Assembly (NCBI GenBank): GCA_965206645.1
Contig: CBDBKE010000003.1
Span: forward strand, 416,001 to 480,000
Origin: Terriglobia bacterium
GTDB taxonomy: Bacteria; Acidobacteriota; Terriglobia; JAJPHL01; JAPKYU01
Reading direction: 5' to 3'
Length of the DNA: 64,000 nt
Below the pieces are notes generated by a model. The model was not told where the DNA came from. It did no database searches and worked only from the letters and a program-made list of their open reading frames with translations. How positions within the stretch are numbered: the first letter of the stretch is position 1; each line of letters opens with the position of its first letter. Below, in pieces: positions 49,193 through 58,280 of this stretch. The translations under genes were made by a program, and so were the position numbers.

Positions 49193-49487
49193 GATTCCTT
49201 GGGGGCTGATTGTAGCAGGGAACCTTGTTTAGAGTTTAGCAACCTGGGTTTAGCAACCTGGGTTCAGCAAGCTGGCAACGTGTCTGTGGAGAGCGGCGGA
49301 GGCGAAGCGGTGCCTCCGGAGAAGTGTGGCGGAGAGTGTGAAGCCTGCCCTGCCGGCCCCGTTTCCCATCGGACTCCGGTCTAGCCCTCCTGCGACGGAA
49401 GTCGCGCGGATTGACTATCGTTTTGCGCCCAAGGTACTCTTGGGGTATTCTCCAGGGGGGCAGCAGGCCCTGGGCTGCGGAGTCTTC

Positions 49488-52324
49488 ATGGCATTCAGTC
49501 TGGGCTTCAACAAGACAAAGGTCGTCGAGGCGGCGCAGAAGTACGTCCAGAAGGGGAAGATCCCGGCTGCCATCCAGGAATACCAGAAGGTTCTAGCCAA
49601 GGAGCCGCGCAACCTCGACATCTTGACCATCGTCGCCGGCCTGCACGAGAGCGCTGGCAACAAGGAAGAGGCCTTGAAGTGCTTGTACAAATTGGGCCAG
49701 GTTAACCTGCAGGCTGGTTTCGCCCGAAATGCAATCGCGTTCTACCGTCGGATCACCCGGATGGACCCCAACGCGATTGACGCTATCCTCCAGCTGGGCG
49801 AGTTGTACACACTTCAGGGGCAACTGAGCGATGCGAAGGCTCAATATCAGCGAGCCAGCGACTTCTTCTCTCAGCGCAATCAAGCCGACAAGTGCGTGGA
49901 AGTCATGGAGAAGATTCTGCTGTTGGATCCAGAGAACGTGGCCAGCAAGCAGCGCTTGGCCCAGATGTACCAAGAGGTCAACCGGAAGGACGATGCGGCC
50001 GGCATGTATCTGTCAGCCGCGCAGGGGTTAGCCGACATTGGCAATCGGACAGATGCCGAGAGCGTCCTCCAGCGAGTGCGCAACCTGGGCCTGTCCACCC
50101 CCGAGGTGCTGGTTCTGGAGGCGCGGATCCAGTTGGAGGACGACCGCCCCGCAGATGCCATCGCAACCCTGGAGCAAGTGCCCGAAGAGAGCGTCGACAG
50201 GGAGGCACTGAACCTCTTGTTCCAGGCCTGCCTGTACCTCGGTGGGAGACAACGGACGCGCTGCCACCGTGGCCCGGCGGTTGCTGGAAGAGCACGGGGA
50301 CGGCACCGGGCTGACCGTGGTCTGCGACCGCCTGCTAGAGGCAGGACAGCATGCCGAAGCGCTGGAGAACTACCGGCAACTCGGCGACGGCCTGATTGCC
50401 CAGGGGGAAACCGCGCCTCTGATCGAAGGCCTGAAGAAAATCGTCAGCTCGCTGCCTTCCAGCGTGGAAGCGTTGAGCCTGCTCCGGAGCGTCTACCAGA
50501 AAACCGAGCAGACCTCAGAGATCTCTGAGGTGAACGAACAACTTGCACACGCCTATGTCAATCAAGGCGACCATGCGCAGGCCCGCGACCTGTTCGAGGA
50601 ACTGGCCCGCCTGGAGCCGGAAAATCCACACCACCGGCAGAACCTGGAACAGATGGACACCAAGCTGGGCCGAGCTCCAGCGGCCGCCCCCCCCCTCGCC
50701 CGAAGCGGGTTTCGCCGAACAGGTGATGGGCGAGCCGACCCTGGCGGAGGAGCCGCTCACCGAAGAGGAACGGGAGGCATTGAACACCGCGGTCAACGAA
50801 AGCGACCTCTACCTGACGTATCGCCAGGTGGACAAGGCGATTCAACCTCTGGAAGCGATTTTGGAGCGCATGCCCCGGAATGCCATGTTGAACGAGCGCC
50901 TGCTGGACTTGTATGAGCGCGGAGAATACTACGTAAAGGCGGCGCAGCGCTGCGAGGTGCTGGCCGAAATCCATGTGCTGGCCGGGGCGGCGGAGACAGC
51001 CACTACTTATAGCGACAGGAAGGCGAAGTTCCAAGAGCGGGCCGGCACCGCGGTCCCAACTTCAGAGGCGCCGCCGGTCATCCCAGAGGTTCCCGAGTTC
51101 CCGGTAACCCCTCCCAGCGTCGATGTTTCCGAGGCCACGGCCCCCGCGGCGGACACCGCGGCTGGCGTGCGGGAAGTGGACTTGTCAAACTGGGAACAGA
51201 TGATGGGCACCCCCGTAGAGGCGCCGCCTCCGGCAGAAGTACCGCCTCCTGAGGAGCCGGCACCCGCCGCTGCAGCGCCCGAGCTTGCGGGCGCGGCTGA
51301 AGAGGTCGAATTCTACCTGCAGGCCGGCTTGGTCTCCGAGGCTACCACCTCACTGGCGCGCCTCCAGGAGCTTTATCCTGGCTCGCCGGAGGTGGAGCAG
51401 CTGGCCGAAAAGGTAGCCATAGCAGCCATGGGCGCACCGGCCGCCGAGGAGGCTGCGACGCCAGCCGCCCCACCCGTCGAGGAAGCAGCGCCGGTTCCCC
51501 CGCCTCAACCTAAGCCTGTGGCGGCGCCGCCGGAGCCCGCTCCCCCGCCGCCTTCCCCACCAAAGCCAGCTCCTCCGGCGGCTGCTCCGCGTCAGCAAGA
51601 ATTCGTTCTCTCGCTGGAGGAGCAGCCGGCCGAAGATGGCTTCCAGTTGTCGCTGGATGAAGAATCGGCACCACCCCCGGCCGCTGCCGTGCCACCCCCG
51701 GCTGCGCCACCCTCCCCGGCGGCCGCGGCTCCCACCGGCTTTGACGGCCTAGTGGGCGCGCTCGAGGAGGAGCTTTCCGATGTTGCGCAACCGCCGCCCA
51801 AGGCCGCTGCTCCGCCCCCAAAGCCGCCGCCGGCTGCGCCTCCTGCCCCCTCACCTCCTTCGGCAGCTCCCGAAGGGGCTGGGGCGCTGACCGAAGTGTT
51901 TGATGAGTTTAAGGCGGGCATGGAAGACGCTACCGCGGAGGCCGACATCGAAACGCATTTCAACATGGGTGTGGCCTTCAAGGAAATGAACCTGCTGGAT
52001 GAGGCCATTGGAGAATTTCAAAAGGCCTACCAGGCGGCCGAGCGCGCCAAGAGCTATTCCAACTACGTCCGCTGCTGCAGTCTGCTAGCCCATTGCTTCC
52101 TGGAAAAGAACCTGCCACCCCTGGCCGTGCGTTGGCTGGAGAATGCGCTGAAGGCACCCGGCCTGGACCAGGAGGACATCGTGGCGGTGCGTTACGAGAT
52201 CGGCGCCGCCCACGAAATGGCAGGCGACAAGAAAGCGGCGCTGAGCAGCTTCATGGACGTCTACTCCCACAACATCGACTACAGGGACGTGGCCGAACGC
52301 ATCCGCGAGCTGCAGGGAAAGTAG
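49488..52324 (+). CDS. Large TPR protein with Pro/Ala-rich linker; two frameshifts (~50240, ~50690)
   Basis: Three consecutive TPR-like ORFs. C-terminal THFNMGVAFKEMNLLDEAIGEFQ...DYRDV. The second shift is at a C homopolymer. Confidence 0.8.
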
Positions 52325-52333
52325 TGCTCCTCT

Positions 52334-52651
52334 ATGGGGAAACAGATCTTGTTCGTGATTTTGTGCCTGGAACTGGGTCTGTTCCTGCTGCTGCTTCCCT
52401 GGTCGGAGATGTGGGAGCACAACCTGATCTTCTGGCTTGTTCCCGGACTGCGCCCTTTCCTGTTGAGTTACTACGTCCGCGGCGCGCTGAACGGGTTGGG
52501 CTTGGTGAACCTGTGGGTTGGGTTTTCTGAAGCCTGGCATCTCAGGCTGAGCCGGGCGCTGCAGGAGACGAAACAGAAGCCCGCCCAAGAAACTGCCCCC
52601 CTGGACGCCGAAGCGGTTGTGCTGCCTCCGTCGCGCAGCCGCGGGCAATGA
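52334..52651 (+). CDS. Small membrane protein
   Basis: Two hydrophobic segments; ATGA-coupled to the next gene. Confidence 0.7.
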   Translation: MGKQILFVILCLELGLFLLLLPWSEMWEHNLIFWLVPGLRPFLLSYYVRGALNGLGLVNLWVGFSEAWHLRLSRALQETKQKPAQETAPLDAEAVVLPPSRSRGQ

Positions 52652-53313
52652 GTCGCCGCCCCATTCTCTACTACATCACCGACAGCAGCCAACTTGGGCA
52701 ACCCCAGGAGGTATTGGGCAGGATCCGTGCCGCCTACGCCGCCGGCGTGGATTGGATCCAAATCCGTGAGAAGAAGATGCCCACCCGAGACCTTTGTCGG
52801 CTGGTAGAACAGGCCCTGGCGCTACCAGAAAAGGGGCGCGGACGACTGCTGATCAACGAACGATTGGATGTGGCGCTGGCCTGCGGTGCAGACGGCGTGC
52901 ATCTGCCGGCCGACTCGCTCCCAGTGGCCGTGGTCCGAAACGCAGTGCCAGTTGGAGGGCCTACTGAGTGGCTGGTCGGGGCCTCCTGCCATTCCCCGGC
53001 CCAGGTGGAAGCCGTCGCCCGCGAAGGCGCCAGCTTCGCGGTGCTGGGCCCGATCTTTGAGATGCCCGGCAAGGGCCCGCCGCTGGGACTGGAGCCGCTT
53101 CGCCAGGCCTGCCGCGCTGTCGCTGAACGTGAATTCCCGGTGCTGGCTCTGGGCGGCGTGAACTTGGAGAATGCCGGCACCTGTCTCGAGGCCGGAGCCG
53201 CCGGCCTGGCCGCCATCCGCCTGTTTCAATCAACAGACGTGGCCGAGGATGTGGCCACGGCGGCCGCAAACCTTCACAGCTTTGAGATGGCACCTGAGAG
53301 AGGAGGCACCTGA
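52648..53313 (+). CDS. thiE: Thiamine-phosphate synthase / TenI-like protein
   Basis: IQIREK, LLINERLDVA, GVHL, GASCH, GPIF and ALGGV. Confidence 0.8.
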   Translation: MSRRPILYYITDSSQLGQPQEVLGRIRAAYAAGVDWIQIREKKMPTRDLCRLVEQALALPEKGRGRLLINERLDVALACGADGVHLPADSLPVAVVRNAVPVGGPTEWLVGASCHSPAQVEAVAREGASFAVLGPIFEMPGKGPPLGLEPLRQACRAVAEREFPVLALGGVNLENAGTCLEAGAAGLAAIRLFQSTDVAEDVATAAANLHSFEMAPERGGT

Positions 53314-53319
53314 GACGGG

Positions 53320-54375
53320 CTAGTCGGCCATGAGGCGGCCGTAGGGCCGCCACTCGGGAACGTTATCGCAGACGGCCTTGACGCCGGCAGTGATGGGCAC
53401 CGCCAGCAGCAGCCCCATCCCACCCCACAGCCAGCCCCAGAACATCAGGGCGATGGTCACCACTACCGGGTTCAGGTGCACTCGCGCGCCGACCAGCTTG
53501 GGGTAGAGCACGTTGAGGGCGATGATGTGGAAACCCACCACGGCGGCGACAATCGCCGCCAGCGGTGTCAGCGTGTCGTACTTGGCCATGCCCGCCAACA
53601 CGGGAGGCAGGCTCCCCAGCAGCACCCCCAGGTAGGGCACCACGCTCAAGAATCCGCTCGCCGGACCCATGACCGCCGCGTAGGGCAGCCCCATCGCCCA
53701 GAAGAAAAGCCCGCTGGCTACGGATAGAATCGCCGCGATGATCAGGTTGCCGATGACGAAGCCGCGAATCATGGTGGTGATGCCGTCCAGCGTCTTTTCC
53801 GCTGCCATTCGGTTTCCCGTGCCGAACAGAGCGACGGAGTTGCGCCGTATGTGGTCCCGCCAGGTGAGCAGAAAATAGACCAGGAAGGGAATGAAGCTCA
53901 CCATGAACAGCACCTCGGTCGCCGAGCGCAGGCCGGCGCCCAGGTAGGTGGAGAAGTTTGGACCGGAAGAAGCAGGCGAGGTCGCTGGCGCGGGCTGGTC
54001 GTCTGCGATGACGGTCCGTGTCTGCTTCTGAAACTCCTGTGCCCTTTCCCGGAATCGCAGCACGTGACCGCGGAGCTTGGTGGAATACTTCGGGAAATCG
54101 TTGACGAAGGTCGCGGCCTGCGCGTAAAACAGATAGAAAAGCAGGTAGAAGACGCCCACCATCAGCAGGACCATCAGCGAGGCGCCCAGCCCCCGTGGCA
54201 GGCCCCTGCGTCTGAGCCAGGTTACGCCCGGGTCACAGACCAGAGCCAGCAGCAGCAACACCACCACCGTCATCACCAGCGAGCTGGCCAGGTAGAGGCA
54301 GGCCAGCAAAACAGCGGCGGCCACCAGCCGCTGCCCGTAGCCGCGTTGCTTTTCCAAAGCTTGCTGAACGGGCAT
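53320..54375 (-). CDS. AI-2E family transporter
   Basis: VPYLG and LNPVVVTIALMFWGWLWGGMGLLLAVP. Confidence 0.9.
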   Translation of the reverse strand: MPVQQALEKQRGYGQRLVAAAVLLACLYLASSLVMTVVVLLLLALVCDPGVTWLRRRGLPRGLGASLMVLLMVGVFYLLFYLFYAQAATFVNDFPKYSTKLRGHVLRFRERAQEFQKQTRTVIADDQPAPATSPASSGPNFSTYLGAGLRSATEVLFMVSFIPFLVYFLLTWRDHIRRNSVALFGTGNRMAAEKTLDGITTMIRGFVIGNLIIAAILSVASGLFFWAMGLPYAAVMGPASGFLSVVPYLGVLLGSLPPVLAGMAKYDTLTPLAAIVAAVVGFHIIALNVLYPKLVGARVHLNPVVVTIALMFWGWLWGGMGLLLAVPITAGVKAVCDNVPEWRPYGRLMAD

Positions 54376-54432
54376 GGCGTCGATCTGCCGAAGGTATCAC
54401 AGCGAGTGGAGATTCCCCTATACAATGGGGCC

Positions 54433-54903
54433 GTGGAGCGCAAACCACATGGTCGTGTGCTCGCGCTCGATCTGGGCCAACGGCGCATCGGGCTGGCCGT
54501 CTCCGATCCGCTGGGACTAACCGCGCAGGGCCTGCCGACGCTGGAGCGCAAGAACAAGCGCGCCGATCTGGAGGTCCTACGGCAGCTGGCCGAGCAGCAC
54601 CAAGCCGTGCTGCTGCTGGTGGGCCACCCGGTGCACTTGAGCGGGAGAGCCGGGACGCAGGCGGAGAAGGCGGCTGCCTTCGCCGAGGACCTGAGGCGGT
54701 ACCTGGGCCGCCAGGTCTTGCTTTGGGATGAACGCCTGACCAGCGCCGAAGCCCAGCGCGTCCTCCGGCAAAGCGGGGTTGGCCGAGCGAAGCAAGCGGC
54801 CGCCATTGACCGGATGGCGGCCGTGCTGCTGCTGCAAAGCTATCTGGATCAGCAGAGGATGACAGATTGTTCCCCCGAGCAGAGCGCATCTTTGAACATG
54901 TGA
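54433..54903 (+). CDS. ruvX: Holliday junction resolvase-like RuvX/YqgF
   Basis: VLALDLGQRRIGLAVSDPLG, WDERLTS and IDRMAAVLLLQSYLD. Confidence 0.93.
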   Translation: MERKPHGRVLALDLGQRRIGLAVSDPLGLTAQGLPTLERKNKRADLEVLRQLAEQHQAVLLLVGHPVHLSGRAGTQAEKAAAFAEDLRRYLGRQVLLWDERLTSAEAQRVLRQSGVGRAKQAAAIDRMAAVLLLQSYLDQQRMTDCSPEQSASLNM

Positions 54904-55940
54904 AACGGCGCCGCCTTATTCTGCTGCTGGGCGTGGTCGCGCTGGCGGGGACCAGTGCGTTCGCCCTGGCTGCCTATTACGTCACGCGCCCTTTCCGGGG
55001 CTGGAAGCAGCCAGCCGTAGTGGACGTGGCGCCCGGCACTTCATCCCTGGCCATCGCCGTGCGCTTGCGCGGTGCCGGGGTGCTCCGCGGTGAATGGCCT
55101 TTCCTGCTGTTCTACTACCTCGGGCCTTGGCAAACCCTGAAGGCCGGGGAATACCACTTCGACCGTGCACTCAGCCCGTGGGAGGTACTGAGGAAACTCA
55201 GCCGCGGCGACGTCTACCAGCACAGTATTACCATTCCGGAAGGGCACAACATCTTCGAGGTGGCCGAGGCGGTTTCCGCCAGCGGGCTGGTTTCTCGAGA
55301 GCAAATCCGGGAGGTTCTCCAGGACAGCGCGCTGATTGGCGATTTGGACCCATCGGCGGAGAACCTGGAAGGCTACCTGTTCCCGGACACTTATTACTTC
55401 ACCCGGCACACCTCAGCCGCAGAGATGGTGAAAAGGATGGTGGCGCGGTTCCGCAGGGTGTACGGGGAGCTGGAGAGCAGGCGCTCTCCCGACCGCCCGA
55501 TGCGGGAGGTCGTCATCCTGGCTTCGCTGGTGGAGAAGGAGACTGGGGTGCCGGAGGAGCGCCGGCTGGTGGCCGGCGTCTTCTACAACCGGTTGAAAGC
55601 TGGCCTGCCGTTGCAGTGCGATCCGACGGTGATCTATGCGGCGCTGGTGGCTGGGCGCTACCGCGGCGCGATTTTCCAGAGCGACCTGAAGTTCAATTCG
55701 CCTTACAACACATACCGGCGACGCGGGCTGCCACCGGGGCCGATTGCCAATCCGGGGCGGGCGGCGCTGGAGGCGGCCATGGCGCCGGCTGCGACCGACT
55801 ACAGGTACTTCGTCAGCAACGCCGAGAGCGGCCACGTCTTCTCCACCACCCTGCGCGACCACTCCCGCGCGGTCGCCGAGTACCGCCGTAAAGCCAACGC
55901 CTCGCGGCGGTCCCGAAGTGTGGCCGAGCAACCCAAGTGA
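54900..55940 (+). CDS. mltG: Endolytic transglycosylase MltG
   Basis: TIPEG, LEGYLFPDTY, ASLVEKE, LQCDPT, SPYNTY and GLPPGPIANPG. Confidence 0.96.
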   Translation: MKRRRLILLLGVVALAGTSAFALAAYYVTRPFRGWKQPAVVDVAPGTSSLAIAVRLRGAGVLRGEWPFLLFYYLGPWQTLKAGEYHFDRALSPWEVLRKLSRGDVYQHSITIPEGHNIFEVAEAVSASGLVSREQIREVLQDSALIGDLDPSAENLEGYLFPDTYYFTRHTSAAEMVKRMVARFRRVYGELESRRSPDRPMREVVILASLVEKETGVPEERRLVAGVFYNRLKAGLPLQCDPTVIYAALVAGRYRGAIFQSDLKFNSPYNTYRRRGLPPGPIANPGRAALEAAMAPAATDYRYFVSNAESGHVFSTTLRDHSRAVAEYRRKANASRRSRSVAEQPK

Positions 55941-55976
55941 CTTCTCCTATTACCCCGAACGCCGACGTTACACTGC

Positions 55977-56851
55977 ATGTCAAAGAATAAGACCGGGCCG
56001 TGGAAGTTCTACCATCTCTTGTTGCTGGCATTTGTGCTTGGGTTACTCAATACCAGCGCCAAAGAGCCGAGACCAAACTGCGTCGAAGTCCCGGAAGAGG
56101 CGGCCAGACTGGTCATACCCATCTTGGATGCTCGTGTGGAGGCATTGGGAGGAAAACAACTCTGGCAGCATAAACGCGGTGTCTCCTGGAACGGCTTCAG
56201 ACTTCTTGAAGAACTATCTCGTGACAAGGCGGGCACTACCGACGAGGCATTGGCCGTACTCCTGGGGTATCGCCTTGGTAGTGCTGAGGACTACGCAGTA
56301 GTCCGCGAAGTGGCGGTACGTGGGCAGAGGATACTGCCCTATCTCTCCAAGTACAGGGGCCGCCTGGCGTGCATCCCCGGGAGAAGGTATCCCGATTCGG
56401 TGCAAATCAACGCGTGCCTCCGGCGCGATGTTTTCGATGCAGCAACTGACCTCTGCCTTCGGGGAGAGGTTCCGGGGAAGGGTTGCCTTGAGATTCCGCG
56501 AAGCGTGGCTGCTCTTGTTGTGCCCATATTGGAGACGTATTCTGAAGCTGTGGAGAAAGACGATTGGAAGTTTGAGGAAGGGACGCCGCAATGGAGATTC
56601 GAAGAGCTGTTCTACGGGTTGTTCGAGAACCGAAGTGCCGCCGCGGATGAGACCCTGGGGAGGAGCTGGATAAGGAGATCCCTGCGCGAGGTCAAAGGAT
56701 GTTGAAATTCCTGAAGAAATATCGGTATCGTTGTGTTTGCATCCCAGGGAAGATGTATCCAGACTTTAAGCGAATGGATCTTGAAACCAAATTGAGATTT
56801 GTCGCGGACCTTGTTGCGCGTATTCGCAGAGGTAAGAAACTAGAAGAATGA
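55977..56851 (+). pseudogene. Secreted two-repeat hypothetical protein with a frameshifting deletion near 56655
   Basis: RGQRILPYLSKYRGRLACIPGRRYPD recurs in another frame as RGQRMLKFLKKYRYRCVCIPGKMYPD, ending at 56851. Confidence 0.6.
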
Positions 56852-56962
56852 GGTGCAGCGCCGCACCTGACCCCGCTTCGAGCAACCGCTTCCACTGCAC
56901 CGATCTCCTGGAGGTCTGGAACTAGTAGACCGGAAGAGTTTCATAGAGCGGCGTCCTGAGGG

Positions 56963-58036
56963 TTAATCAGCCTCGTTTCTGACAGCGTAGGTGCGGGACT
57001 GGCCGGTGCGCCCGTTGGTGACCGTATAACTTGTTCCATCGGGGGCCACTGCGACCTTGATCACGTGCCCCTGGCACTCCTCCTCTGTGCCCAAATTGGC
57101 GATCAACTCCGGCGCCGTGTTTCCCTTGTCGCCGTAGTCCAGGTTCCGGTGCCCCTGGTAGATGTCCTCCAGGCTGGGGAGCGCGCGCAGCGTTGCCATT
57201 ACATCGGGGAAGATGCCCTTGTGAGGACCATTGTTTGCCACCGCCACCTGAGGCTTCAGGGTGCGCAGTAACACCGGGTTGCTGCTGCTGTCGAGCCCGT
57301 GGTGCGTTACCTGGTAGAGATCCACCCGGCCGATCACGTCCACCGGGCAGGCCAGCTTGTGCTCGATGTTCCAGGTCAGGTCGCCCAGGTCCAGGAAGCG
57401 GAATTTGCCTAAAGTGAGCACGAAGCCCAGACTGCGCGCGTTGTCGCTGGTATCCTTGGGCTTGGGTTTCGCCTCTTTGCACTCAGGGTTTTCTTTAGCA
57501 GTCTTGAGCTGGATGACCTCGCCACCCGAGGCTACCACCAACAGCCCGATGCGCGCCGCTCCGGCATCCTGATTCAGCCGGATTTCGTCGCCGGGCCGCA
57601 GCACTTGCGTCTGGCCCTTGGCCGCCTCCACATAGGCTTCGTACAGCTTGGGGTCTTCGAGGAGGTCAGTCTTCCCGTGGTCATAGAACTTGCCGATGGG
57701 GATCAGCTCGCTGAGCTCGGCCACTCCTCCGTAGTGGTCGCCGTGGAAGTGGCTGGTCAGCAGGTGGTCGATTCGCTTCAACCCCGCCTGTTGCGCCGCC
57801 TGGTGCATGCGTTTGGAATCCCGGCCGTCCTCCTCCCGTTTGTTGCCGGTATCCACCAGCAGCGATTCCCCGGCGGGCGTGACGATCAGGGTGGCTGCTC
57901 CACCTTCCACGTCCACAAAGTAAATTTCCAGGGGCCTGGCGGGGGCGGGAGCCTCGGCAGGAGCCTCGCGGTCAACGGTCGGCTGGCAGGCTACCAGGAA
58001 GGTCAATAGAAGTAACAAGCTGATAAGTGGTCGCAT
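56963..58036 (-). CDS. ComEC/Rec2-like MBL-fold hydrolase lipoprotein
   Basis: Lipobox LVAC, then DVEGG, SHFHGDHYGG, GDL and THHG. Confidence 0.85.
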   Translation of the reverse strand: MRPLISLLLLLTFLVACQPTVDREAPAEAPAPARPLEIYFVDVEGGAATLIVTPAGESLLVDTGNKREEDGRDSKRMHQAAQQAGLKRIDHLLTSHFHGDHYGGVAELSELIPIGKFYDHGKTDLLEDPKLYEAYVEAAKGQTQVLRPGDEIRLNQDAGAARIGLLVVASGGEVIQLKTAKENPECKEAKPKPKDTSDNARSLGFVLTLGKFRFLDLGDLTWNIEHKLACPVDVIGRVDLYQVTHHGLDSSSNPVLLRTLKPQVAVANNGPHKGIFPDVMATLRALPSLEDIYQGHRNLDYGDKGNTAPELIANLGTEEECQGHVIKVAVAPDGTSYTVTNGRTGQSRTYAVRNEAD

Positions 58037-58280
58037 AAGGCCTAAAGTATCACAAAGCAGGCCGCTAAGCTTGGGGGCATCCCCGACCGGAAGTACTGGG
58101 CTTCCTAGCCCCCCTACCCAAGCGGAAAAACGGTATCCACCTGGACCAGAACGTTGTACAATGCTGCCTCGATACCGTTGTGCGTGGCGCACGACGGTCC
58201 CCCCTGGAAGCCCGAGTGACCCGGGCGGATGGCTAGTTGGCGGGGTGGTTGTTCGACTGCGTCAGGAAGGGGAGACACGC

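Noticed and set aside
50230-50700. Phase variation of the TPR gene
   Set aside because: Two separate shifts, only one at a homopolymer. Assembly error is at least as likely without reads.
51200-51880. Repeat element in the C-rich tract
   Set aside because: It encodes a low-complexity Pro/Ala linker.
53851-54432. Long N-terminal extension of RuvX
   Set aside because: Antisense overlap with the AI-2E gene; the real start is near 54433.
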